64,000 nt of DNA, taken from assembly GCA_030390025.1 (NCBI GenBank), contig CM059431.1, positions 127,412,001-127,476,000 on the forward strand, read 5' to 3'. This stretch comes from Squalus acanthias. Its lineage: Eukaryota. The translations under genes and the position numbers were made by a program. How positions within the stretch are numbered: position 1 is the first letter of the stretch; every line of letters begins with the position of its first letter. The notes beneath the pieces were generated by a model. That model saw only the letters and a list, made by a program, of their open reading frames with translations, was not told where the DNA came from and made no database searches. Of this stretch, positions 50,131-63,824 are shown one piece after another.

Positions 50131-51613
50131 GACGGCAAGCGACCTCCCTGGAGGGGACGAAGGGGAGAAATTTGATGTCAGGTAGGAACACACTACATGA
50201 TTTGCCTCTTTTTTTGCCATTCTCCCATCCAATTTTGGGCAGGATAGTGGAAGATGTCCAGTCCACTGTTAGAGCAAACCTGTAACCTTAGTTTATTCAA
50301 TAGCACTGGTATGGGGCTATGCCTTGTAAAGCCACAGACAATCATACTCATACACTGTAGAAATCTCACACACCACCATATCAAAGGCTGTGATATTACT
50401 TATGCATAATCACGTACCCACTTTTAACTGTTATTTTTTTTTCATAAAGCATCATTAGGAATAAGAACATTGAAAATTAAAATGCTGAGCACAATCAGAA
50501 CCTCTAGCCAGATATGATACACTCATAACTTCATTGCTTATGCATTCAATTAGGTGCATTGGTTGTGAAAATAAATTGCTATTACACCAGTAGCCACCAG
50601 CTTTTTTGAACTTCCATCCAGATTATTTTTTTATTATAGAATAAGAACTGTGCATTAGCAGTTCATTATTAAAGTTAACATTATGGATACTAATCTTCCA
50701 TCGTTCAACTGGTTTCCATCTCTATGTAAAGTAGTCGTAGCATTTCCAAGATCAAGTGCATTATTTGTATTATGTATTTCCAAAGTTGCAAACTATTTCT
50801 GAAACGAAACAGACTCAGGAGTGTATTACAGTTTAATATGAAGATCCATGCATTGGTTATGCAGCAGTTAACTTACTTAACATGACATGGAATCAATATA
50901 TTATAAGAAACAATTTGTTGAAAATACCAAAAAAGGTACAAGGCGTACAATCTGCCTTGCAGCCTATCTTACACACTTTTCCAAAGAACAATTCAAGGTA
51001 TTATTCATCAGAAGTGCTGACCAGCAAAGCTTCTCATGACAAGGAACTGAGGAAATTATTGCAACTGAAAGCTTGTCATAAAAGCCCAGAAGAATAGAAA
51101 GCCTCCTTTCAACTTGCAGTACCACAGTCCCTTATATTATGAAGAACATTCTGTGCTTCAGATAAATGCCCTAGATGTAAAATTTAAAACATCTCTCATT
51201 AGTCTCCAGCTACAATCACTGCTGATATTTTGACAGACAAGAGCTGAATTGTTGAATTTAAATTGCGGTTGGGAAGCTCAACCTTCCAGTCATTTCTTTT
51301 TTGCTACTGGTGGGAATTTTACATAATAATGTATAATGGAAGGATGCTAATTCAGATGAAGCACGTGGCTCCTGTTAGTTGAAATTTAACTGTTATCGCT
51401 CCACCCCAATATTTAACTTCAGGAAGGGTATTAACTTTTTTTTGCAGGGGGTGGGGGGCGGTGGGTATTCAGCTAGTGGATGAGGGAAGTTGAACGGGTG
51501 AAGAAAAGGTTTAAAAAAAGAGATAGCCAAACTATATTGATGGCCTAAAGAACTTTGTAATGCTAATATTGGTAGCCATCAGTGGTAGCCATCTTAGATT
51601 AACGTGAAAGAGA

Positions 51614-52478
<865 letters not shown>

Positions 52479-52564
52479 ATACATGCTTCTATCAATTGGC
52501 ATTTATGTCAAGCTATGTCACAGTGCAACTGGATTTAAGGCTATCACAGTCACAAGGAAATAAA

Positions 52565-52678
52565 TCATAGAATCATATGATCATAGAATGATGCAGCACA
52601 GAAGGAGGCCATTCAGCCCATTGTGCCTGTGCCGGCTCTTTGGTAGAACTATTCAATTAATCCCAGTCCCTGCTCTTT
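52565..52678 (-). mobile_element. CR1 3' terminal fragment
   Basis: ATCATAGAATCAT tail + CACAGAAGGAGGCCATTCAGCCC, as at 41976 and 20850-20900. Confidence 0.8.
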
Positions 52679-53003
52679 ATGTCGCATTATGGAGCGGCCC
52701 CCTAATTTAAATATTTTTTGCAGTCCTAATAAGTCTTGCACCTCAATATCTGCTTTTGTTACTAACAGCTGTCATTTGCCATAATTGTACAGAACTAATG
52801 GCAGCATAGGCAAATACTGTAGAATTCAAAAGAATGTGCCAAATTCTGTCATTCTTAAAAAAAATACAAGTAGGTTAGGGTTCTATACTGAATTTGCCTT
52901 GCATCCCTAAAGAAAGTCTGGTATGGAATAATGGTGGTGTTGTGATTGCTATAAAATGAATGAATCATGGTAACTGCTCAGGTAGCATGTGTATGACTTT
53001 GTT

Positions 53004-53278
53004 GGGTATGGTAGTATAGTGGTTATGTTACTGGACTAATAATCCAGAGCATATGAGTTCAACTCCCATCATGGCAGTTTGAGAATTTGAATTCTGTTTA
53101 AAAGAAATATGGATATAATATATATATATTAAAATAACAGTCTTACACCAATGTGGTTTACTCTTAACAGCCCTAAGAAGTGGCCTAGCAAGCCATTCAG
53201 TTGTACATGGGCAGCTAGTGATGGGCAATAAATGCTGGCCTTGCCAGCAATGCCCGCATCCCAAAAATTAATAAAAGA
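53004..53278 (+). mobile_element. tRNA-derived SINE with CR1-like 3' tail
   Basis: Box A TAGTATAGTGG, box B GAGTTCAACTCCC; tail GGCAATAAATGCTGGCCTTGCCAG shared with LINE end at 44836-44888. Confidence 0.75.
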
Positions 53279-53632
53279 AAACGTTGATCACAGACCAGCG
53301 ACACATTTGTGGAGTATAACCCTTTCTGTTCATGAAGAGAGCAGCATTGGGGATAGGAAACCATATATGCTATCAATATTACATTTCACTGTAGAGAATC
53401 CAGACAGAGTAAAAATGCGGGGCTGTCTCATGCATGTTTTCTGTGGTCAAATAGTTGAATTGACTGGCCTAGCCAAACAAGACATCTGCAATTTGAATGA
53501 TGGAACTGCGTAGTGCAGGTGAGGAAATTTGCCAGATGCTTCCTGCTGTTGCTTGGAAGGGGACAGTGACACAAAAACAGATCTTAGCTTTGCAGCCACT
53601 CACAGAGTTGCCCTGTTGTGAAGTGGTTTCTA

Positions 53633-55349
53633 GGGGGGAATTTTTCAGGGGGTCAGCGGGCGCGTTCGGTGGCGGGTCGCATGGGAAATGTTTTCTTTTG
53701 CTAGCAGGTCGGGACCCCGCTGTCAACCCACCGCCATGTGACTTTCCCAGATGTTGGGTCTGTCAGCGCTGAACAGACCCGACATGCATGGGTGGGGGAG
53801 GCAATTCAGGTCATTATGACCTTGTTAACAGCCCATTAAGAAGTATTTTGAGCTCACCTTACCATTTTACGAGGTTGCCCACAGGGTCCACACTGCTCGG
53901 GGATCACATCAGGTAAGCAGGTTGGGAGTTGTATGACCATGGAATCATCTCATTACTTGACAGCTGCAAATGTGCTATAAAAGCTCCCTTCTCACAGCTG
54001 TTCACTTTCCAAGCTCCGAAGCTGCTGCTTACTGCATTTGGAAGACAGATTGAGCTTTATGCAGGTTGCAAGTGTTTGGAGCAAACTCTCTATCCAGTGT
54101 CACCTCATTGGAACAACCTCTCTCACCACTGACAGATCGCTTCTGTCATTTCAAGTTCACCTGCCATCTATTCCATCAGCATCAGTGCCCTTGAAATTAT
54201 CTCACCTCAGTCCTCAGAATCCCACCACAATCAACCCTAATACTAGCAGCACCAGGTACACCAGCAGCACCAACAACACCAACCTTCTCTGCAATCACCT
54301 GATGCAGCACAGGACAGAGGGCTTCAGCACCCAACCACATTGCTGCTCCGGATGCCAGGGATGGCCTCACCATGGTCAGATTTACTTCACTTGATGCTAT
54401 ACACACTGGCTGCTGCAAGATGCGCCAGGTTGGCACCACCCCACACCAACACCATAAAACATCTCTACAATGCCCAAGCCATTCCTTTCACACTCATCAC
54501 CATTGCGGGGGGGGGGGCATCGCTTTGTCTCACCATTCACTGAAACTCACTAAGCCACTTCCAAAGGTGCACACAGATCTGTCCAAGAATGCAAAGTGTT
54601 GAAAATAAAAGTGTCAATGTTTGACAGCACATTAACAGAAACTTCACATGAACATTGGCAAAACATCCATGTGCCTACCCTTGTGTGTTGTTAGTTGGTA
54701 TGATTGGACTAGGATGAGGGCTGGCTAGTGAGATGGGAAGTGATAATGTAGATAGAGAGGGATGGGTGGAGGTGCAAGGTAAGTTGGTGTGAGTAAGGAT
54801 GTGCAGGAGTAGTGTAGGGAAGGCAGAGTGATGGGGATGTGATGAGTGGCACAGTAGGATGAGGTTGAGTGTGGCTTTGCAGTAATGCTTCGTGATCTAC
54901 TGAGATCATTGAAAGGTTTGCGCCACTGCAGCCTGGTCCTCCTTATGACATCCCTACTTGTATCCTCCTGTGCAATGTGCAACCAGGCTGCATTGGTCTC
55001 CTGGGGAGGTCTTTTCCACCCATTGGAAGGGAAGAGAACCTCCCTGCGTGCTGTGACTCCCTCCATAAGCATATGGAGGGAGTCACGGGAGAGCCTGGGT
55101 GCAGCTGTGTAGCTCTGTCAGCACAACTGTCAAAGTAAATTTGCGCAGGGTCCCTTTAAGGAAACCAGCTGATGACGCGTCATCAAATAACGTCATCAGA
55201 CCCACTTCCTTCAATTGGCCAGCAAATGCGCTGGGCGGGCTTAACAAACCCAATAAAATCTACACAGCGGGCTGAAGCCAGCAGCGGGGTCGGGACCCGC
55301 CACCGACGTCGCCTGCCACAGACCCGCCGAGGTGAGGGAAATCACGACC
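53633..55349. mobile_element. Internally deleted Harbinger retaining Myb exon 1 (minus)
   Basis: Colinear with 15266-17862; ORF 54725-55072 MLMEGVTARREVLFP...AWLHIAQE...RTRLQWRKPFNDL. Confidence 0.8.
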
Positions 55350-55992
55350 ATGGTCAGGCTGCAGGAGAGTGCACAGTTCTGTGACAACAATCTTTGGGAA
55401 CTGTAGTCTCTGCAGACAAATGTTTCCGGTTTGTCCAGGGGTGATTGTTTTTGCACGTGTGGGAGCATAAGGTTGGGTATTAACTGAGCATCTAAGGTAG
55501 AACTGTACCTGTCTGATCTGCCTAATTAGAACTTCCTCCAAAACTGAGGAATGCGCAGAGGAGCAAAGAAATATCCCTGGGCAAAAAGGCAGTGCTAACA
55601 AATGGAGTGCAGCTTTAAGAATCTGATAGTAAGTGTGCTGGTTGCAAAATAGCTAAACTGCAAAGAAGCATGAAAATAGGGGGGAAAATACGTAGCAGGT
55701 ACTCACAGCAGTTCCAACAGTAAGCCTTAGGCTTCAGCACCCCGTGATGTGATGAAGGAGCACCAAATGTGCTGCAGTGTTGTGGACACTTGATTGTATT
55801 ATTGGCCCATTATGTATTATATACTGAATTAAGACTTTTAAAGGAATTATATACAATTCATGCAGGTACACAAGTTTATGCTCTGAATATCTTTTATCCT
55901 GAATAAACATCATTTTTGACAGATCAATCTTAAGTTCCTTTATATAGTTTGCTAAGCTCAGCTGGGATTCTTGGAAACTGGGTATGCAAGGT

Positions 55993-57350
55993 GTCAGCCT
56001 TGGCTTAGTAGTAGCAGTCTCACCTCTGAGTCCATAGGTTGTGGATTCAAGCCCCACTCCAGAGACTTGAGCAGGTAATCTAGGCTGCCGCTTGTGTGTA
56101 GTACTGAGGGAGTGTTGCAGTGTCAGAGGTACCGTCTTTTGGATGAGACATTGAACCGGGGACCCATGTGCCCGCTCAGGTGGACATAAAAGATCCCACG
56201 GCACTAGTCGAAGAAGAGCAGAGGATTTTTCCTGGTGTCCTTGCTAACAGTTATCCCTCAACCAACACCTAAAACAGATGTGGGGGAAAAATTCAGTTGG
56301 TTTGCGCCTCCCATTAGCGCCTTAAGAGGGCGCTAATGGGGCACAAAGCAACTAGCGCCCGGGCGCGACGATGTTTGCACCTCTCGCGAAATTGTCCAGA
56401 CATTTTGCGGCAGCGCTAAACACTCCCGCCACGATCTCCTGCGCCCGCTGATCGTGACGTCTGTCGAGCGTGCAACGCCCCGGTAGCGCCCCAGACCGGA
56501 TACTGAGTGGCGCCCCCTGCCTTACCGCCCGCCGCTAGCAACGACAGGTTGAGGGGAGCATTTTGCAGTCGGGAAGGGACTGGGAGAGCGCTATTTAAAG
56601 GCAACTGCTTCCTGCCTTTTTTGGTCGGCGACATTTTTGCACCACACATTCTGAGTGAGAGAGAGAGACTTCTGGAGATATTCAACGCTGTGTTGAGGAG
56701 TTTTGGGTACTGAGCAGCACTTTGCTGGTTCATTTTGATTTGATCTCCCTTGCATCGATTTAGAAGAGACTGTGGGGGTTGCACTCTGAGCTCTTTCCCT
56801 GGGTCTCTCCATTGTTCTTTCCAGCAGATTTGATGTACAGGTCTCTCCAGGCCGAGATTCAAGGCTGCAATGAGCAGGGTGTGGATGGAAAGCAAGATCG
56901 ACCCTCCCCTTTAAGAACTGGCTGGCGCCAGTGTGTCTGTGTTCCATTGCTGACTGACATCACATGAGCTTCGCCAGCGCTCTGAGGTAACGCCTCGCTC
57001 CTCGGCGTTAGCGCCTTAAGAGAGGTGTGTAGCGCCTGATTTAGCGCTCCAATCACCTCCAGGGGCGATAGAAGCCAAGTTTGCAGTCAGAGGCGATAAT
57101 TAGCGCCAGGCGCTAAACTTTGCGCCCGGCCGATAATTGCGCCCCAAACAGGGCGATACCGAATTTCTCCCCCATGATCTTTATTAATTTCATTGCTGTT
57201 TGTGGGACCTTGCTGTGGGCAAATTGGCTGCCACGTTTCCTACAGTATATTAGTGACTACACTTCATAAGTACTTAATTGGCTGTAAAGCACTTTGGGAC
57301 ATCCTGAGGTCATGAAAGGCACTATATAAGTGCAAGATCTTTCTTCTTTC
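55993..57350 (+). mobile_element. DeuSINE split by MITE copy 4
   Basis: 5' part 55993-56281 and 3' part 57174-57350 join to give a full copy like 5113-5560. Confidence 0.85.
56282..57173 (+). mobile_element. Harbinger MITE of the 21106 family, copy 4
   Basis: TIRs GGGGGAAAAATT / GGGGGAGAAATT; TSD ambiguous (ATGT left, ATG right). Confidence 0.92.
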
Positions 57351-57451
57351 TTGCAATGCATTGTACTTCTGTTGTACTGAGCAAGGAGCAGAATTGACAA
57401 CGTTGATGATCTGTACCTGGACTGGGCCTTCTTACCCTCTGTTAAGATCGT

Positions 57452-60450
57452 GGCTTAGAATTTCCTTCAAATGATCTACACTATTGTTGAACCTTTAAAA
57501 CAAGTCTTGTGTCTGCTGGTGGCCTCTGAAGATCCAGGAACCTCACATGAAACTCATGTGAGTTTCCTGGGTTTGCTCATTTGCTTTCTTATTGGTGCAG
57601 GCATTGGTGTAAAATAAGTGTAAGGAGCTGAACTACCTAAAAATTTCTGTGCACTCTTTAAAAACACAGTTCAGCTTGCAATTTTCAGCAGCAGACCGGA
57701 GGACAAACAGGTGAGAGAGCACCATTTCTTGGATCTTTCACTTCACTCTCTGCTAACTTCACTTCTTGTCTTGGCAATATTTATTTATACTTGGACAGAA
57801 TTATGAACCCTCAATCACCACCTCTGCCCAGAGGGCAGCAGGGAATGCCACCAAACTAGAGAAGAAAAATGTACAACTTCACTCATTTAGACCTCCAAAC
57901 TGTGCTGGAGGCAATAGAAGGCAGTTTCCTGTGTATGGGTGCCACTGAGACTCCCAAAATTATCATGTGTGCCACCTGGAGGAAGGTGACACTGGCACTG
58001 AATGCCAACTCCCTCGCCTCTAGGACTGTATATCAGTGCTTCTAAATGATGCACATCCTCGGCAGAACAGCAAAGTAGCACACTGCACATCTTTCCTGTT
58101 TCTTCCTTGCCTATCCTGGGCACCAGCACATTCTTCACCTTCTTAAAGCAACACTTTATCAACTAACCCTTCACAGTTCTCTCTGGTTAGGGGGGTGGGA
58201 GTGGCGGGGGGCGGCTTCAACTCGGCATTTGCACTGTAGCTACCCAAATCACCTCACAGCAATAACCTACATACACAACTCTAAGACCTCTTCCTCCACT
58301 TTAACAACCTTGTACTCCTACATGTCTTGCTTCACCTCCCCCATGCTACTTGACACAGACTCCTCAACTGCTAGCTTTACCCTCATTTTTTCTAGCTTCT
58401 TGTTGGACAAATAGGCAAACAATGCCCACCAAAAGCAGGCCACCAAAACCCTTAACTCCCTTTGAGAAGGAGCTCATGGGGAGGTACTCAGCTCTTACTG
58501 TGGGAGATGTTGAGGTTGACGGCATCTTGCCAACGCCAGTTTGCCAACGGCACACCAACACAGTCGCCATGACATCCCTGTGAAGCACCACACAATCACA
58601 ACCTTACATTCCATGCTCTGTCTCCTTAATCCCAAAGGGGTGATGTTCTTAGCTTCTACCCTCTTCTCCTGAAAATCCCCACAGCAAAAGGTGGCACAGG
58701 AGGAAGAAGATGATGATGGCGGTGAGAGGACGCTGAGGGCCAAGCCACCCAGGAGTCACAGCTGCATGATACTGCCATCTCTCAGAGCAGTTGCACATGC
58801 CAGGACGCCAGCCAACCCCTCAAAGCACTAAACTAGTAGAACCTGGGAGGTGATACCTGTAAGAGTAGGTAGAATAGTCAGCACCATATTAAGCTGAACG
58901 ATTGTAGTGTTCGAACGGGTTAATAGAATTAAAACAGTCTCCGAGCACAAAGGGCCACACATGCTGGCACTAAAGCCTGGGAAGATGCAGGGGGAAAAGC
59001 ATTTTTATGATGGTCTGGAGCCAGGTTGTGAGTGTGAAAGAACAATACTTTCTCTGTAATAAATATCTTTAAGAGATAAGGAAGTGAAGGCCATGAAGGC
59101 AGGAGGCGGCCAATCATGAGTGAGTGATGTATGTTAGAGAACAATAAATAGATAGTTGTAGAAGTACGCATGCACATATGGAGGGTTGAAGTAATTACGC
59201 TGAATAAGTGATGACGTATTAGTTGAAATGTATGCACACAATAACAGCACATAACAACAATACATTTACATACTAACCTTGCGACCCACCCGATGAGTTC
59301 TTTGCTCGTAAGTTTCGTGACGATGGTCTCATAAGCACTGCATGTAATGGGTTGCATTAGCTGATTCATTATTGAAGATAATTAATCAGACATCTCTCTA
59401 TCTTCTGAAATAAGGGACCCAACAATACCTAGCTGCCAAAGAGCAAGCTGACAAGATGAGGGCCAACTTAGTCCCATGAGCCTTTTGTAGAACATGAGCA
59501 GTTAACTCCTTCCTGCAACCCTGATCCTCAGGTGACACCTAGTAGAAGCACAAGAATAGGTGTCCATAGGGAATCTCATGCCTAATCCTGAGAAACCCTG
59601 ATGGTGGGTAGGGGGTAGGGGTTCTGAAATTATACCGGTGATCTAACCCTCTGAAAATCATGAATGGAAATGGAAATCGGGCAGCTTCTATAATTGACAG
59701 ATGATCCGGAATGTCAGTTTTATGCCCGGGTGGTAATTTGAACATCTACCCTGAGGATGGCTGTTGGAAGATCAAGGGGATCCACTGCATCACCCAAGAA
59801 CAAGAGCTAAGAAGAGGTACAATGCACACCTCCGTTACACTAGGATCATAGAGGAACATACTTTTAGCATCCTCAAACAGTGATTCTGTTGCTTGGACAG
59901 ATCGGTAGAGTGCTACTGTACAGTACAACCAAGATCTCCAAAATTATTGCTTCCTGTTACATCCTGCATACCTTTGCCTTGCAAGATGGCCTAATGATGG
60001 AGTAGTCAGGAAAAAAGAGGCAGCGGCAAGCAGAAGAAGAAGAAGATATAAAATAGTGCCATCCTTGGTTGCAGGACCTCTTGCAGTAAGGTGTCCGAAA
60101 CCTGAGTGTTGAATGGGGGTTGTACTGCCCCAACCATTCTTGTGCCAAAAAGGAAATACATCTTTAAGGCCAGCCATCAGCTCTTTAAAAGCTGCTGGTG
60201 CAGGAAATCCTGTCCCCAACCTCAATGTACTCCCAGTATGTCACATGCTAAGTAATGAAAACGTTATTAAAATATGATAATACGCTGACCTTGTGTTTGC
60301 AGGCAAGCTCAGCTTTTTACCACAATGCACGCATAGCACCCGAGGCACAGTTTAGCTCAGACTGTTATGCCAGGACTGCATTAACAGCGTCAGCTACAGC
60401 AAGTGCCCAGCTCCATTTTGCATGCCAGAAATTTTGCTGACAATTAACTC
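57452..60450 (+). mobile_element. Old, highly decayed Harbinger (Myb-like then transposase remnants, both on +)
   Basis: ATWRKVTLALNANSLASRTVYQC ~57970-58040; LTPFEKELM ~58455; GWLLEDQG, PLHHPRTRAKKRYNAH, FCCLDRS, IIASCYILHTFAL and EEEED at 59755-60050. Confidence 0.55.
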
Positions 60451-61901
60451 CCAACCTAGCCTTGTCACAAATGACTTTACTGATTATCTAATAGCCACTT
60501 CATTAAAAATAAAATGGGGACAATTCTAGAATTGATACTCATTCTTAATGTGGGATTGAATCAACTTTGTGTGTCGGTGTCACAAGTTTTAATCATCAAA
60601 TCTGCAAAATGACCAAAATTTGCAATTAACATTCCTATTAAAGTTCAACCATTATTTTGTTTTTTGTAAAGTCTTAAGTACTGCTGCCTAATTTTTATTT
60701 TTGAATAAGTTGTCATTAAAGGTGACAGCAAGTTGTGTATAACACACTTGCCTATTCTGGCGAATCTCTGATACGTAAGTTAGATAATAGGACTGACAGC
60801 CTATTCAAGGTGTTTCTTTCAACCTTGCAAACTTAAGAGCTGCATCCATTCTCCACAATCCACTGCAGACAACAGTTTACGTTAAGCTGCCTGTGTGCAA
60901 TCCTTTTGTCCCGTGTTATACTGTTGAGTGGACTCCATTTTTCATAATTCCACACCGCTGACATAATCACTATTCTACTGGCAAAACTTCCACAATTACA
61001 GACTGCTGCAGAGAACTGAAGCAGTAAACACTTCTGTTCATCTCTTGATAGTAAACTTGAAGATGCAGTTAAAATTTTATATCTCTATATATTGAACCGT
61101 GGAGCTAAAATTAATATGAGCTCTGTGAATCACTGCACAGTTCAGTTATACTTGAGCTCAGATAGGCCCATGAATTTATGTTTTATCTGAGCACTGGGAA
61201 TTTTCAAGATGGAGACCTCTGGAAATAAGTTACAGTACAGGTGGCACATATGACTTAATCAGAGTATTAACCCTTGATGTGGAATTGACTATCTTGCTGC
61301 TCATACTGCTAACATGATGAAATGTCGAGTTGTAGATTTGCTGTATTTGATGCGAGATAATAATGCCAAAGATTAAGCTGACTGCATCATAGATGTGACC
61401 AAGGCAATCATCAGACAACTGATTTCTGTTGCCCGTTAAGATGGATACAGTTTTCATTCAATCAAACCCTAAGGCTACATTTCCGCTCATAGAATTATGG
61501 GCAACAGCACAGAATGGGCAAGCAAGAGCTGGGAAATTGTTAAGATTTATATCATTGGATTCCCATCCAAATTGCACATGAAAGCTTCATTTCAGCATTA
61601 GAATCAATAAAAATGAGATAAAATTAGGCTGGGTGGGATTATCTAATGTTCTCATGGGGAAAGTGCTATCTGCTCAACTCCCCTATATGAAATAAGCAAT
61701 GAAGGGAAGACACATACTAGTTAATACAGAAAGTGAGTATCTAAACCTGTGTTACTAGAATTCTCATTGCCGTGACAAAATGACGCATTTTTGTCAATGA
61801 TTCATTTTTTTTATTAGGTTCTTTCTTGCTGTTCAAAGCACATACATGATAAAAATTGGTATTGCTAGCTACTTCTGCAGGCTGAAGAGAATACATAGCA
61901 T

Positions 61902-62238
61902 GGGTATGGTAGCCTTGTGGTTATGGTACTGGACTAGTAATCCCAAGGTAGTGAGTTCAAATTCCCCCACCCCATGGAAATTTGGGAAATTGAATTCAGT
62001 AAATCTGATCATTTGTGGGCTGGAACCATATAAAATAACCGTGAAAGCTGCTGGATTGTTGTAAAAGAACCAAGTGATTCATTAATGGCCTCAGGGAAAG
62101 GAACCTGTCACCCCCTACCTTTATGTGATACCACTCCCACATAAACATGGTTGGCTCTTAATGCTTTAATGGAAACTAGGAATGGACAATAAGTGTGGTC
62201 ATGTGAGTGCCACCCACCTCCTGAGAAAAAATATAAAA
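61902..62238 (+). mobile_element. tRNA-derived SINE (same family as 53004-53278)
   Basis: GGGTATGGTAG...GTGGTTATG..ACTGGACTAGTAATCC...GAGTTCAAATTCCC head; degenerate tail. Confidence 0.7.
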
Positions 62239-62401
62239 ACAACACATCCCAGAGTGTCTGATATGGATATCGCATGTTAAGGTGTTCAGGAGGCCTTGAT
62301 ATGTGTCCTTGGATGGGGACCCATGCAATAGGTCATTTAAAATTACTAGAAAATATCAATGAAGCACAACTGTTTTCGCAGCCTCTGTTTCACCAGTGAG
62401 A

Positions 62402-63452
62402 CATAGAACATAGAACAGTACAGCACAGTACAGGCCCTTCGGCCCTCGATGTTGTGCCGAGCATTGTCCGAGACCAAGATCAAGCTATCACACTCCCTAT
62501 CACTCTGGTGTGCTCCATGTGCTTATCCAATAACCGCTTGAAAGTTCCTAAAGTGTCCGACTCCACTATCACAGCAGGCAGTCCATTCCACACCCCAACC
62601 ACTCTCTGAGTAAAGAATCTACCTCGGACATCCCTTCTATATCTCCCCCCATGCACCTTATAGTTATGCCCCCTTGTAACAGCTGCCTCTACCCGAGGAA
62701 ATAGTCTCTGAACATCCACTCTATCTATCCCCCTCATCATCTTATAAACCTCTATTAAGTCGCCTCTCATCCTCCTCCGCTCTAAAGAGAAAAGCCCCAA
62801 CTCCCTCAATCTTTCCTCATAAGACCTCCCCCCCAAACCAGGCAGCATCCTGGTAAATCTCCTTTGCACTCTTTCCAATGCTTCTACGTCCTTCCTATAG
62901 TGAGGTGACCAGAACTGCACACAATATTCCAAATGTGGTCTCACCAAGGTCCTGTACAGTTGCAGCATAACCTCACGGTTCTTAAACTCAAACCCTCTGT
63001 TAATAAACGCCAACACACCATAGGCCTTCTTTACTGCTCTATCCACTTGAGTGGCAACCTTCAGAGATCTGTGGATATGAACCCCCAGATCCCTCTGCTC
63101 CTCCACATTCCTCAGAACCCTGCCGTTGTCCCTGTAATCCTTATTCAAATTTGCCCTACCAAAATGAATCACCTCGCACTTATCAGGGTTAAATTCCATC
63201 TGCCATTTTTCGGCCCAGCTCTGCATCCTATCAATGTCTCTTTGCAGCCTACAACTGCCCTCCACCTCATCCACTACTCCACCAATCTTGGTGTCATCAG
63301 CAAATTTACTGATCCACCCTTCAATCCCCTCCTCCAAGTCGTTGATAAAAATCACAAACAGCAGAGGACCCAGCACCGACCCCTGTGGCACACCGCTGGT
63401 AACTGGTCTCCAGTCCGAAAATGTTCCATCCACCACCACCCTCTGCCTTCTA
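62402..63452 (-). mobile_element. Young CR1 LINE 3' portion with open RT frame
   Basis: ORF 62480-63511: SGVPQGSVLGPLLF, KFADDTK, FFTQRVV; GTTCTAT tandem tail at 62402-62417. Confidence 0.96.
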
Positions 63453-63546
63453 TGATCATGATGTGGAGATGCCGGCATTGGACTGGGGTGGACAAAAATG
63501 AGAAGTCGCACAACACCAGGTTATAGTCCAACAGATTTATTTAATT

Positions 63547-63584
63547 TTACAAGCTTTCGGAGCTGTCGCTCCTTCGTCAGGTAA
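63547..63584 (-). ncRNA. Minimal hammerhead-ribozyme-like motif
   Basis: Minus strand UUAC-CUGACGA-A-GGAGC-GACA-GCUCC-GAAA-GCUU-GUAA: core boxes, stem II, UUAC/GUAA stem I, palindromic AAGCUU in place of stem III. Confidence 0.55.
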
Positions 63585-63824
63585 GTTAGCAATGAGAGAA
63601 TCTCCCAGAATTCACAATTTAAACCCAGACAAAATCTATTCACATAATTCGCTACAACAAAGAGCACAGCCAAGACAATGAGATGTGTCCCAGGGGGTCC
63701 AACGTGTCAAACCACCTGCTGGCTGCATATCCTGTCAATTTGTGTTCTTGTGTTAGCCTTTTTAAAAAAAAACAAAAAAAACAAAACAAAAAAAACACCT
63801 GGGAAGACCGGCCATGATGTCAAG

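Noticed and set aside
53004..53075. tRNA gene (also 5113 and 61902)
   Set aside because: A/B boxes are SINE heads continuing into SINE bodies; no full cloverleaf
59539..60225. Three same-frame minus-strand ORFs as an endogenous viral gene
   Set aside because: The plus strand shows decayed Harbinger transposase motifs; the minus ORFs are antisense shadows
61230..61457. 75-aa ORF in unique sequence
   Set aside because: No motif or splice support; within chance expectation
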